Made by a program: the position numbers and the translations under genes
From: Dehalococcoidia bacterium
GTDB lineage: Bacteria > Chloroflexota > Dehalococcoidia > Plut-88900
Direction: 5' to 3'
Assembly: GCA_965197585.1 (NCBI GenBank)
Contig: OZ240215.1
Span: 192,001-256,000, forward strand
Length of the DNA stretch: 64,000 bases
Notes under the pieces: model-generated
Database searches by the model: none
What the model was told of the DNA's origin: nothing
Seen by the model: only the letters and a program-made list of their open reading frames with translations
Shown: positions 10,801 through 19,289 of the stretch, piece after piece
How the letters are laid out: each line of letters begins with the position of its first letter
Numbering within the stretch: the stretch's first letter is position 1

Positions 10801-13800
10801 CCAGCGACCCAACCATCACAAGTTCTGACACGTCCGTGGGCACGGACTCGGTATCCGGGCTTAGCTCGTCCGGGAGCAGCGATGAGTCGATCAGCCTGAC
10901 TGCTCCCTCGGACCCCGGCACCTACTACTATGGGGCCTGCGTGGACGAAGTATCCGACGAGTTGGACACCGCCAACAATTGCTCCTCTGCCGCGTCTGTC
11001 ACTGTCGGCGCAGCGCCCGCTCCCGACCTGGTCGTTGGCCCCCTCAATCTAGGGGGCAGCATCCCGCTAGCAGGAAAGTCCTTCCTTTTGAACGGCGGCG
11101 CGGAGAACCAGGGCGACGCCCCATCGGCCAGTACCACCTTGCGCTACTATCTTTCGACCGACACTACAATCACTACGAGTGATACGGAAATAGGCAATGC
11201 ATCGGTTAACCCACTCGGTCCGTCGGGAGGTTACAGAGCCGGTATCAGGCCCACTGCTCCCTCTACTCCCGGAACTTACTATTACGGCGCCTGCGTGGAC
11301 TCGGTATCCAGGGAGTTGGACACTACCAACAATTGCTCCACTGTGTTGGAAGTCGTAGTTGGGGCGGCCCCGGTCCCCGACCTGGTCGTAGACGCGTCCA
11401 CGGTCAGCGAGAGCGCTCCGGCGGCAGGAGCCCGGTTCACCCTGAGCGCAATGGTGCGCAACCAGGGCGATGACCGGTCAGACTCAACCACTCTGCGCTA
11501 CTACCGGTCCACCGACGCAACAATTACGACTTCAGACACATCCGTGGGCACCGACTCGGTGAACGGGCTGAATGCATCCGGGAGCAGTCCCGAGTCGATC
11601 AGTCTGACTGCACCGTCAACACCCGGTACCTACTACTACGGCGCCTGCGTGGACTCGGTCACCGGGGAGTCTGACACGACGAACAACTGCTCCGTAGCGG
11701 TGACAGTGGTCGTGGGTGCCGCACCTGCCCCTGACCTGGTAGTCGGAGTGCCTAATCTAGGAGGCAGTGTTCCGACCGCAGGAAATACCTTCATTCTGAA
11801 CGCCTCTGTGCGCAACCAAGGCAGTGCCCCTTCGGCCAGCACCACCTTGCGCTACTATCTCTCAACTGACTCAACCATCACCACTGGTGACACACAACTC
11901 GGCACAGTCTCGGTGATCCCACTAGGGGCGCCGGGAGGTTCCGTAGGCAATATCAGGCCGACTGCGCCGTCGACACCCGGGACCTACTATTACGGGGCCT
12001 GCGTGGACTCGCTATCAGATGAGTCCGATACGACGAACAACTGCTCCAGTAGCCTTATCGTGACGATTTATCCTCCGGACCTCGTTGTCGACACGCCTAC
12101 AGTCAGAGTCAGCAGACCGCGTGCCGGAGCGACCTTCACGCTGAACGCCACGGTCCGCAACGACGGCGAAGGTTCATCAATTGCTACCACCCTGCGCTAC
12201 TACCGCTCCACCGATTCTACTATCACAAATTCTGACATGTCCGTGGGCACGGACTCAATATCCGGGCTTTCCTCGTACCTGAGTAGCTATGAATCGATCA
12301 GTGTGACTGCACCGTCGACACCCGGTACCTACTACTACGGCGCTTGCGTGGACTCGGTCACCGGAGAGTCCGACACGACGAACAACTGCTCCATTGCGGT
12401 AACCGTGGGCGTGGGTGCTGCGCCTGCGCCCGACCTTGCAGTGGACACGCCCACGGTTAGCAACAGCAGCCCGACTGCAGGAGCGTCCTTCACTCTGAGC
12501 GCCACGGTGCGCAACCAGGGCAGCAGTTCATCAACTTCTACCACTTTGCGCTACTACCGCTCTACCGATTCGACTATCACAAGCTCTGATACATCCGTTG
12601 GCACGGACTCGGTATCCGGGCTTAACTCGTCCGGGAGCGGCGATGAATCGATCAGTCTGACTGCACCGTCGACACCCGGTACCTACTACTATGGCGCGTG
12701 CGTGGAATCGGTATCCGGCGAGTCCGATACGACCAACAACTGCTCCGCGGCGGTGGCTGTAATTATCGCCGCAGTCAGTGTTCCGAGTTCCCCCTCTGGA
12801 TTGACAGCAACCGCGAACGGTTCGACACAGATCGACCTGTCGTGGACGGCACCCTCGGATAACGGTGGTGCTAACATTGCCGGCTACAAGATAGAAGTCT
12901 CCACCGACGGGTCGTCGTGGAGCGACCTTGTAGCCAACACCAATGCCACCGGCACCAGTTACAGCCACACAGGTCTCACGGCGGGAAGCACCCGGCACTA
13001 TCGGGTCTCGGCCATCAACTCTGCTGGGACGGGCTCGGTATCAAATGTCGGCATGGCCACTACAGTCTCCCAGCCCAACAGAGCACCGGTTGCTGTCGGT
13101 ACGATCCCGGACTGGGTTAGTGTACCGGACGGTTGGGAATGGCTAGACGTTTCCTCCTACTTCAGTGATCCGGACGACGACACGCTTTCCTACAGTGCAG
13201 TATCAAGCGACACCGCCGTGGCGATTTCGGATGGCGTGCTCGGCAGCCGGGTATTGATCAGCGCGCTCAAACTCGGAACCGCGACGATGACGGTCACCGC
13301 CCGTGATCCCGGCGGACGGGAAGCCACGCAGACTATCAGCGTAACAGTCAAGTATCCCAACCGACGACCGGAGAGAGTTGGAACAATTCCCAACCAGTCC
13401 ATCGTGGTTGGCCAGACCACCATGGTGGATGTTTCCTCCTACTTCCGCGATCAAGATGGGGACCTGTTGTCCTACGGGGTCGAGACCTCAAACGTAAACG
13501 CAGTCACGGTCTCCGTATCCGGAAGTACGGTGACTATCAGGGGCGTAAGCGCGGCCCCGCTCACGTGGGTGTGGGTGATCGCTCGCGATCCGGACGGTAA
13601 CGAGGCCAGACAGCAATTCAGCGTGGGGGTCCGGGAGCCGGTCACGTTGCGCATTACACAATGCTTCATCTTTGAGAATCAACATTTTGCCAGGTTTAAA
13701 GTTACGGCGCGCGTTTCCGTGTCCTCCCTAATCGTCAAGACGTACGCAGTCGACTCCAGAAACAACGAGCAACATATTATGGAGACCACAAATATAGGTG

Positions 13801-13910
13801 ACCTCTCCGCTGGTAATTCCCACGAAGAACTAACAACGAGGTACTTCCCAGCACACTTGGCCAGATTCCTCACAACTTGTGGTGTAAGTGCGACTGCGAC
13901 TAGCAATTGA
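4842..13910 (+). CDS. Giant lipoprotein: S8 subtilase + Fn3 + 16 CARDB-like repeats + Fn3 + two cadherin-like domains
   Basis: Lipobox-like LALIAILAC, PTATPY linker, catalytic triad VIDIG / HGT / GTSQASPH with NAAGN oxyanion Asn, Fn3 motifs (LSW...YRVSAINSAG), and PNRAP...FSDPD domains. Start uncertain (GTG 4842, ATG 4866 or ATG 4899). Confidence 0.9.
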   Translation: MAELRDGNMNIVDGWPRPAMLALKSAVGMLALIAILACGDSADELSPTATPPSIQFATPPGATSTSADDQSGSDIDIQLDGTPTPYPTATPYPTATPYPTATPYVVDAGTDGKTATESTAGDSTESSTSGPTTGITIPKKTDLERPKVGSKLDGLIAKVEAGEISPREAAREAPLHLGESVGVTIWLSGNVDGVVRFLENNGATNIAAGEDYIEAYVPVLLLVETSQQAGVLQIRLIQPPGETGSTFQIAGNGPGVHGSAAWNQAGYSGQGIKVGVIDIGFSGLQEVLGTEVPANVQARCYTVLGLHTRNLSDCGGGTHGTEVSESVVDIAPEVTLYISDPRSRTELQDAVDWMISEGVSVINHSRLWPFDGPGDGTSPFSISPLNTIDTAVSAGIVWVNAAGNQARGVWFQRGPFEYTTINVDGEDVKFLRFSGSEFKNTGSYVGGKLELRWEDDWGRANTDLDLFALARGTDDIALQSIDLQSGGEGHYPYETVGGLATFDILVAHRGGSEPDWIQLIGWGPTRLTVNSSGAGSIINPAESASPGLLAVGAAPWYSASTIEGFSSRGPTPDGRIKPDIVAADCGQTATGDRGFCGTSQASPHVAGMVALVRQRFPQYTPAQVVSYLKENAQQRITSPDPNNTWGHGFLVLPPITGITTTIAPAAPTALIASADGQTQIILSWRAPSDDGGTPITGYRIEASTNGSAWSDLVANTRSTATNYSHTGLTAGSTRHYRVSAINSAGAGTASNVANDTTDVASVSDLLVDSPTVSDSAPAARARFTLNATVRNEGNGPSAFTTLRYYQSSDATITSSDTPVGTDSVSRLDASESGDEWISLTAPSTHGTYYYGACVDSVSDESNMTNNCSPAVAVFVGVAPAPDLVVDTPTVDASAPAAGARFSLSAKVRNEGNGSSAFTTLRYYQSSDSRITSSDTSVGTDSVSSLDALESGDESISLVAPSTPGTYYYGACVDSLSDELDAQNNCSSAVTVTVGVAPAPDLVLDTPTVSESVPAAGARFTLNATVRNQGNGSSTFTTLRYYRSTDSAITTSDNPVGTDLLFRLDDSEAGDEWISLTAPSDPGTYYYGACVDSVTDELDTTNNCSSAVTVTVGVAPAPDLVMDTPTVSESAPAAGARFTLNVTVRNQGNGPSDSTTLRYYRSTDSTITTGDAEAGTDSVFRLGVSANGDEWISLTAPSDPGTYYYGACVDAVSDELDTTNNCSAAVTVNVGRAPAPDLVVGPLNLGGSIPLAGKSFLLNGGAENQGDAPSASTTLRYYLSTDTTITTSDTEIGNASVIPLGPSGGYRAGIRPTAPSTPGTYYYGACVDSVSGELDTTNNCSTALEVVVGAAPVPDLVVDTPTVSESAPAAGARFTLSATVRNQGNDRSDSTTLRYYRSTDSTITASDTAAGTDFVSRLDGLETGDEFISVTAPSDPGTYYYGACVDSVTEESDTTNNCSSAVTVSVGAAPAPDLFVDTPTVSERAPAAGALFTLSATVRNQGNDRSDSTTLRYYWSTDSTITTSDTAAGTDSVSGLSSNGTSDESISVTAPSDPGTYYYGACVDGVTDESDTTNNCSTAVTVNVGRAPAPDLVVGPLNLGGSIPLAGKSFLLNSGAENQGDAPSASTTLRYYLSTDTTITTSDTEIGNASVVPLGPSGGYRAGIRPTAPSTPGTYYYGACVDSVSGELDTTNNCSTALEVVVGAAPVPDLVVDTPTVSESAPAAEARFTLNATVRNRSNGSSTFTTLRYYRSTDSTITSSDTSVGTDLVSGLSSSGSSDESISLTAPSTPGTYYYGACVDSVTDESDTTNNCSVAVTVVVGAAPAPDLVVAMPTVSDNSPTAGASFTLNATVRNQGNGSSTFTTLRYYRSTDSTITSSDTSVGTDFVSRLDAAETGDESISLTAPSDPGTYYYGACVDSVTDELDTTNNCSSAVTVTVGAAPAPDLVMDTPTVSESAPAAGASFTLNATVRNQGNGSSAFTTLRYYQSSDPTITSSDTSVGTDSVSGLSSSGSSDESISLTAPSDPGTYYYGACVDEVSDELDTANNCSSAASVTVGAAPAPDLVVGPLNLGGSIPLAGKSFLLNGGAENQGDAPSASTTLRYYLSTDTTITTSDTEIGNASVNPLGPSGGYRAGIRPTAPSTPGTYYYGACVDSVSRELDTTNNCSTVLEVVVGAAPVPDLVVDASTVSESAPAAGARFTLSAMVRNQGDDRSDSTTLRYYRSTDATITTSDTSVGTDSVNGLNASGSSPESISLTAPSTPGTYYYGACVDSVTGESDTTNNCSVAVTVVVGAAPAPDLVVGVPNLGGSVPTAGNTFILNASVRNQGSAPSASTTLRYYLSTDSTITTGDTQLGTVSVIPLGAPGGSVGNIRPTAPSTPGTYYYGACVDSLSDESDTTNNCSSSLIVTIYPPDLVVDTPTVRVSRPRAGATFTLNATVRNDGEGSSIATTLRYYRSTDSTITNSDMSVGTDSISGLSSYLSSYESISVTAPSTPGTYYYGACVDSVTGESDTTNNCSIAVTVGVGAAPAPDLAVDTPTVSNSSPTAGASFTLSATVRNQGSSSSTSTTLRYYRSTDSTITSSDTSVGTDSVSGLNSSGSGDESISLTAPSTPGTYYYGACVESVSGESDTTNNCSAAVAVIIAAVSVPSSPSGLTATANGSTQIDLSWTAPSDNGGANIAGYKIEVSTDGSSWSDLVANTNATGTSYSHTGLTAGSTRHYRVSAINSAGTGSVSNVGMATTVSQPNRAPVAVGTIPDWVSVPDGWEWLDVSSYFSDPDDDTLSYSAVSSDTAVAISDGVLGSRVLISALKLGTATMTVTARDPGGREATQTISVTVKYPNRRPERVGTIPNQSIVVGQTTMVDVSSYFRDQDGDLLSYGVETSNVNAVTVSVSGSTVTIRGVSAAPLTWVWVIARDPDGNEARQQFSVGVREPVTLRITQCFIFENQHFARFKVTARVSVSSLIVKTYAVDSRNNEQHIMETTNIGDLSAGNSHEELTTRYFPAHLARFLTTCGVSATATSN
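7131..12775 (+). repeat. Intragenic tandem array of 16 x ~354-bp (118-aa) CARDB-like units
   Basis: PDLxV...TVRNQG...TLRYY...YYYGACVD...NNCS recurs at a 354-bp period. Confidence 0.95.
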
Positions 13911-13979
13911 TTGCGACAAGAGTAGAGATCAACTGACCTAAACATATGGGAGCAAGAGTTGCTTCTGAGGAGGTGAGAC

Positions 13980-14651
13980 GTGAATCATCTTGAGGGCTTA
14001 CACCGAGCTTTAAGACCGTGTTTGACACTGATAGTGGGCACTCTGGCCCTGCTGACGATGTTTGCCTGCAGCGGCTCAGAAATGATGCCCGAGCCCACCG
14101 TCCCATCCGAAGCGCCGCCCACGGCTATTTCTGCAAATGAAACAGAGAGCCCGACGCTGCCCCCGAAAGAGCAAGAACTCTACGATGCTATCTGGAAAAG
14201 CAGTGTCTCCCCGGATGAGTTGCGTGCGCTCATTTCCCAGGACAACCTGGTAAATGCCAACGACGAAGATGGCGACCCATTCCTGTATACAGCCATCTGG
14301 CGGGCCAACCCTGAGAAGGTGCAAATCCTGGTGGACGCCGGTGCGGAAGTGAACGCCAAGGATTCCTCTGGCGAACCGATGCTATACACAGCCATCTGGC
14401 GTGACAGGATTGAAGCGTTGAAGATTCTAGTAGACTCGGGTGCGGACGTGAATGCTCAGGATTCGGACAATGATCCGCTCTTGTACACCGCGGTGTGGCG
14501 GGACAAACAAGAGGCTCTGAAAATCCTGATAGAAGCAGGCGCTGACGTAAACGCACGAAGGGCCAACGGCGAGTCGTTGTTGTACGTAGCTCGCTGGCGG
14601 GGGAATGCGGAGATCGAGCAGATTCTCCTTGCCGCAGGGGCCACGGAATAG
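13980..14651 (+). CDS. Ankyrin-repeat lipoprotein
   Basis: GGAGG RBS, GTG start, LLTMFAC lipobox, ~33-aa repeats ending LVxAGADVNA. Confidence 0.88.
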   Translation: MNHLEGLHRALRPCLTLIVGTLALLTMFACSGSEMMPEPTVPSEAPPTAISANETESPTLPPKEQELYDAIWKSSVSPDELRALISQDNLVNANDEDGDPFLYTAIWRANPEKVQILVDAGAEVNAKDSSGEPMLYTAIWRDRIEALKILVDSGADVNAQDSDNDPLLYTAVWRDKQEALKILIEAGADVNARRANGESLLYVARWRGNAEIEQILLAAGATE

Positions 14652-14707
14652 TTACGGGCGGCCGTCCGGGGTCGGCTTCGGTCGATATGTGTCGGAGGAA
14701 GTGAAGC

Positions 14708-15268
14708 ATGAACGATACACCCAACAGGAGTCTAATTTCCAGCCGGTCCATGAAATTGGTCGCCGGTGGGGTGTCTCTCCTGGCACTGGCCCTCTTGGCG
14801 ATGCTCGCGGTCGGCTTATTTGCCGCCGATCCAGAGCCGACTGTCACCAATTCCGCATCGGCCGCCCGGGATAACGAAGATTCTTCCCCCGAGGGCCGGG
14901 CCCTTCATACAGCCATTGCCGGGGGTGATAGCGAGACCGTTCGGATTCTGGTTGAGGGAGGCGCCGACGTAGGTGCTACAAACGACTTCGGCGATCCGGC
15001 CTTGCATGCCGCCATTGACGGAGAAAACCGCGAAATTGTCAGAATACTCGTGACGGCCGGCGCCGATGTTGACGCCAAGAACAGCTTTGGGGAGGCGGCC
15101 CTTCATAGCGCCATTGTGAAGGGAGACAGCGAATCGGTTCGGATTCTGGTGGAGGCAGGGGCGGACGTCAACATCACCAATGCCTTCGGTGATTCGGCCT
15201 TGAGCCGGGCGGTCCACGAAGGCAACAAGGAGATTCTGCAGATTCTAGCCAACGCCGGAAACAACTAA
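14708..15268 (+). CDS. Ankyrin-repeat protein with N-terminal membrane/signal segment
   Basis: ALHxAI...VRILVxAGADV repeated about four times. Hydrophobic N-terminal helix. Confidence 0.88.
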   Translation: MNDTPNRSLISSRSMKLVAGGVSLLALALLAMLAVGLFAADPEPTVTNSASAARDNEDSSPEGRALHTAIAGGDSETVRILVEGGADVGATNDFGDPALHAAIDGENREIVRILVTAGADVDAKNSFGEAALHSAIVKGDSESVRILVEAGADVNITNAFGDSALSRAVHEGNKEILQILANAGNN

Positions 15269-15286
15269 CAATGTCATATTGGTACA

Positions 15287-16231
15287 ATGATACGGTGGAC
15301 GGGGGCCTTTACAGGTAGACTGACTGGAGAAAACGAGCAAATTTTGGAGAGCAACGCCGGGCGTAGGACACTGAAAATACTCTTGAAGATCGCAGTTGGC
15401 ACGCTGGTGTTGCTGGCAATAATTGCCTGCAACGGCCCTGATGAGGGCTCAGCGTCTTCACCCACACCTCCTACCGGTATGTTCTCCACCCTGCCCACAA
15501 CGGAACCTCCCATAGAGGGTGACCAGCCGCCCACCGTCGAGCTGAACACGCCCCAGCCAACGCTCACACCTAATCCCACCTACACCCCAGTGCCGACTCC
15601 CACTCCCAATCCGACGGGCACTCCAGAACCCACACCCACCCCCAACCCGACAGGCACTCCCGTGCCGACGCCAGAGCCAACACCTGATCCTACGCCCGTG
15701 CCAACACCCGAGCCCACGCCTCAGCCAACACCCGTACCTACGCCGACTCTCAACCCCACTGCCACTTCCAATCCCACAGCCACACCCGACGGAAATAATA
15801 GTGGAACTAATACGGCCGGTGACGGGGCACTACACAGAGCGGTTGGCAATTGCAATTTAGAACTTGTCAAGATCCTCATTGCAGCAGGTGCAGATGTTAA
15901 TTCGAGAGATGAATGGCCCACTGAAGATATGCCCCTCCATAAGGCTCTTAAGAGAAATTGTGATTCTGCCATGGTGCAGTTCCTCGTAGAGTCGGGCGCG
16001 GACCTTAACGAGTTATCGGACTGGCCAGGAGAATACACCCCCCTCCAATTGGCAGTATGGGAAACGATAATTGCTGACAACAGTGCCGATAGGGATGCAA
16101 TGCTGATTGTGGTACAGGTTCTTGTCGACTTGGGGGCTGACATCAACGCAGGCGCATTCTCGCCCCTTGAAAACGCGGTAGCAAATGAGGACTCTGCTCT
16201 GGTGCGAATCTTGACTGGTGATTCCAACTAA
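15287..16231 (+). CDS. Ankyrin-repeat lipoprotein with Pro/Thr linker
   Basis: LLAIIAC lipobox, long PTP linker, ALHRAV/PLHKAL/TPLQLAV ankyrin repeats. True start may be downstream. Confidence 0.85.
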   Translation: MIRWTGAFTGRLTGENEQILESNAGRRTLKILLKIAVGTLVLLAIIACNGPDEGSASSPTPPTGMFSTLPTTEPPIEGDQPPTVELNTPQPTLTPNPTYTPVPTPTPNPTGTPEPTPTPNPTGTPVPTPEPTPDPTPVPTPEPTPQPTPVPTPTLNPTATSNPTATPDGNNSGTNTAGDGALHRAVGNCNLELVKILIAAGADVNSRDEWPTEDMPLHKALKRNCDSAMVQFLVESGADLNELSDWPGEYTPLQLAVWETIIADNSADRDAMLIVVQVLVDLGADINAGAFSPLENAVANEDSALVRILTGDSN

Positions 16232-16350
16232 TCCAATTTATTGTCCGCTCACATCCCGCAAATCGGTCACTGGCAATTCCTCCGTTACACAAGCCAGGGA
16301 TTCATCGCAACCGTAATACATCCATTCTTTGAGATATTCACGGAACCGAG

Positions 16351-16376
16351 TCACGTCCCTTCTGGCGAAGACGTGA
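16351..16376 (-). terminator. Possible terminator hairpin after batE
   Basis: TCACGTC...GACGTGA stem just past the batE stop. No clear U-tract. Confidence 0.3.
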
Positions 16377-16381
16377 TAAGG

Positions 16382-17188
16382 CTAGCCACCGCCATCCACA
16401 CGCACTGCCTCCAGAGCGTGTGCTGGTGTCCAGCCCTTGAGCTCTCCACCCGGAAGGGCGACCTGCAACCAGCCGTGGCGTGAGTCGACCAGGCGCACCT
16501 GGGCTCCGCTGTGGAGAGCGAATACCTCCTCGTATTGCTGACCGGGACCGCTCAGTACCTCAACGGTGTCTTCAGTTACCACGCCCGTGTTCTTGTAGGG
16601 ATTGGAGTAGAGCATACTCAACAACAGAACCAGGCATATCAGCATGGCGGCAAAGCTGGCGGCGGATCCACCCCTGAGAATGTTTCTTCGTTGCATATCC
16701 GTTCGGATTATTAGTGTGCCTACTGCCGCGGCACCCGCTGCCCAGAGTAGTAGTGCCGCCGCGCCGAACTCTCCTGTAGTGGCCCATCGGCGCCCAAAAT
16801 CCGATATGCTCGCGACGAGGGAGTCTCCTTCGGCCTCTAACTGGTCCACCGTCCTGCCGCGAGCGAGTTCAAGATTAGCGAGTATGTCCGGGTCGCGGGG
16901 CGACAACTCCTCGGCCCGCAGGTAGTTCAGGATTGCACGTCCCAGGTCGCCGCTCTCCAGGTAGGCGTTGCCGAGGTTGTAATGTACGCCGGCGTCCCGG
17001 TATCCCCGCCCGATCAGGGCTTCATACTGCTGTACGGCTTCTGCGTACTCTTCACGGTCGTAGTGGACGTTGGCTCTGGCCATCAACTCTACCGGAGACG
17101 GCTCTTGGGCGATAACGCCTCCGGCCAGCGCCGCAAGCAGCCCTAGCGCCGCCACCGGAACGATCAAGAGTTTCCACAACGCTGTCAT
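16382..17188 (-). CDS. batE: BatE-like TPR + SH3-like protein
   Basis: YNLGNAY...GRAILNYLRA TPR, TM helices, C-terminal SGPG...LHSG...GW SH3b-like domain. Last gene of the bat operon. Confidence 0.8.
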   Translation of the reverse strand: MTALWKLLIVPVAALGLLAALAGGVIAQEPSPVELMARANVHYDREEYAEAVQQYEALIGRGYRDAGVHYNLGNAYLESGDLGRAILNYLRAEELSPRDPDILANLELARGRTVDQLEAEGDSLVASISDFGRRWATTGEFGAAALLLWAAGAAAVGTLIIRTDMQRRNILRGGSAASFAAMLICLVLLLSMLYSNPYKNTGVVTEDTVEVLSGPGQQYEEVFALHSGAQVRLVDSRHGWLQVALPGGELKGWTPAHALEAVRVDGGG

Positions 17189-18582
17189 TGGCCGATAGCC
17201 CCCTCGAGTTCGGACAATAGCTGCGCCGCCCGATTGGCGTAATCCCCGGCCTCAATGGAACTATCAGACGGCGGGGAATAGCTTACAGCCTCGCCCGCAG
17301 ACAGGCTTTCTTCAACCCGCCGTTCCAAATCAGAACCGACCCCAGCGTCCCGAATCCGCTCCAGGAGCCCCTGGCGTGTGAGGCCGCTCACCGGCGTTTC
17401 AAGCCGAGCCGAGAGGTAAGACACCACTGCCTGGGCGGTGGCGGCCCTCGGGTCAACCCCTGTGGTTAGGGCGCGCGACAATGCCTCCTGAGCATCGGGC
17501 AGTGCGTTTCGCTTAAGGGCCTCGGCGCGTGCAGTTTCCAACCTCGCTCGTCTGCGCCGCCAGAGCACCGCGCCCACAATAGCCAGCGCCGGTAGGCTCC
17601 ATACGGCCCAGTACAATGTGCTGCCAATGAACTCTCTCCCGGCCTGGCTGAGAGACGGAGGCGCTGGTTTGATGGATTTCATCTCAGGGCCCTCCTCCCC
17701 TGTCGCCGGGTCGGGGAGGGGCGGGACCTCAGGCAGTCTTTCGGCTCCGACAACGGAAATGACAATAGGAGCAGTCCCGGCCTCAACGTACTGCTCCAAC
17801 CCCGGGTCGAAATGGGTATACCCGATTTCGGGGATAGTCAGTTCTCCGGCCTGTTCCGGGACCAGGACAATTCCGTAAGTGCGGCTTCCGGTGATCTGGC
17901 CCGCGACTACTTGACTGTCCGTATCGGCTGGGGATTCGATGACGCGCCAGCCGGCGAACTCAGGCCATGCAGGGTCCGGGAGCGCCTCGATATTCCCCTC
18001 CCCCGAAACCGTTACCCTGAGTTGCACAGGTTCATTCACTTGCCCGGCAGCTGAATCCGCCTCGGCGAAGATGTCGAACCTGCCGACCGCACCGGTGAAT
18101 CCACCCGGGGATCCCGAAGGGAGTGGCCGCACCTGGACTGTCACGGGAGGGGCCTCCAATTTGCCCTGTCCTCCGGGGGTCCCGTCTGGGATTGTCAAGG
18201 CAGCGGCCTTAATGGCAACCGTTCCCTGGACAGTGGGGAACAACACCGTTCGCAGTTCGATGACCTGGTATTCGTTGGAATCTATGGTCTCGGTATACTC
18301 ATCCTGCTCCACCGATTGGCTGTTCCAGAATCCTGCGAAATCCGGCGACTCATACCGCACTTCTCCGGACGGCAGGGTGACACCTGACTTTTGGTAGAGC
18401 TTGAATATATATGTTATCTGTTGTCCCAAGTAGGGCCGATCATTATCCACTGAAGCCCTGACGAACAGAGAAGCATCTGGGGGAGACTGAGCGTGAGCGG
18501 ATGGAAGGATCACCAACGACATCGTTACTACTACGATGGATGTGACGGTCAAAATCCGGAGAAACTTTCTTAAGTCTGACAC
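17185..18582 (-). CDS. batD: BatD family protein
   Basis: Signal peptide, YLGQQITY, PDFAGFW, FTGAVGRF, SGEGNI and FDP motifs, C-terminal TM helix. Confidence 0.82.
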   Translation of the reverse strand: MSDLRKFLRILTVTSIVVVTMSLVILPSAHAQSPPDASLFVRASVDNDRPYLGQQITYIFKLYQKSGVTLPSGEVRYESPDFAGFWNSQSVEQDEYTETIDSNEYQVIELRTVLFPTVQGTVAIKAAALTIPDGTPGGQGKLEAPPVTVQVRPLPSGSPGGFTGAVGRFDIFAEADSAAGQVNEPVQLRVTVSGEGNIEALPDPAWPEFAGWRVIESPADTDSQVVAGQITGSRTYGIVLVPEQAGELTIPEIGYTHFDPGLEQYVEAGTAPIVISVVGAERLPEVPPLPDPATGEEGPEMKSIKPAPPSLSQAGREFIGSTLYWAVWSLPALAIVGAVLWRRRRARLETARAEALKRNALPDAQEALSRALTTGVDPRAATAQAVVSYLSARLETPVSGLTRQGLLERIRDAGVGSDLERRVEESLSAGEAVSYSPPSDSSIEAGDYANRAAQLLSELEGAIGQ

Positions 18583-18590
18583 TTGCGGGC

Positions 18591-19289
18591 CTACCAGTCG
18601 AACTCACTGGGGGGTTTAGGAGATACCAGCGTCTGACCCCGCCGCTCCTGGAGCGTTTGAGCGCTTTCGCCAACAGACTCCAGTATCTGTCGGGCTTGCG
18701 CTTCAGTTATGGGGTTCTCTTGCTCTTGTTTCTCTTGCTCTTGTTTCTCTTGCTCTTGTTCCTCTTGCTGCTGGTCCTCCTCCTCTTCCTCCTGTTGTTC
18801 GTCCTGTTCCTGTTCTTCCTCCTCTTGTTCCTCTTGTTGCTGGTCCTGCTCCTCTTCCGGCGGCGGTAGCTGGTTCAACGCCAGTTCCAGATTATGCTTG
18901 GCGTCTTCGTCATCCGGGTTCATCCGCAACACTTCCTTATAGGCTTCGACCGCCTGGCGATATTGCTGCTGCTGAAATAAGGCGTTGCCCCGGTTAAAAA
19001 ACCCACTGGACCGCAACTCACCCTGAGCGTGCTTTAGAGACTCGTCGAAATCCTGAACCGAGTCCTCATACTCTCCCGTGCGATACAGAACGTTCCCGGA
19101 GTTGTAGAACGGTTCTCCCGACTTGGAGGAGCGTTCCTGCGCGAATTGATACGCCTCAAGGGCGGCGAGATAATCGCCGCTGAGGTACAGGTCATGGCCC
19201 GAGTTGTTAACCTCCGCCGATGTAGTCCCGCATGCCATCAGGCAGATTGCGAGAACTGCAGTGGCAGCTAGGATTCCCCGACTAAACAT
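18591..19289 (-). CDS. batC: BatC-like TPR protein with Glu/Gln-rich tail
   Basis: YNSGN/FNRGN TPRs, DAKHNLELA, E/Q-rich stretch, C-terminal DW. Confidence 0.8.
   Translation of the reverse strand: MFSRGILAATAVLAICLMACGTTSAEVNNSGHDLYLSGDYLAALEAYQFAQERSSKSGEPFYNSGNVLYRTGEYEDSVQDFDESLKHAQGELRSSGFFNRGNALFQQQQYRQAVEAYKEVLRMNPDDEDAKHNLELALNQLPPPEEEQDQQQEEQEEEEQEQDEQQEEEEEDQQQEEQEQEKQEQEKQEQENPITEAQARQILESVGESAQTLQERRGQTLVSPKPPSEFDW

Noticed and set aside
7046-12877. Regularly spaced ~69-aa minus-strand ORFs
   Set aside because: Antisense shadows of the 354-bp CARDB repeats.
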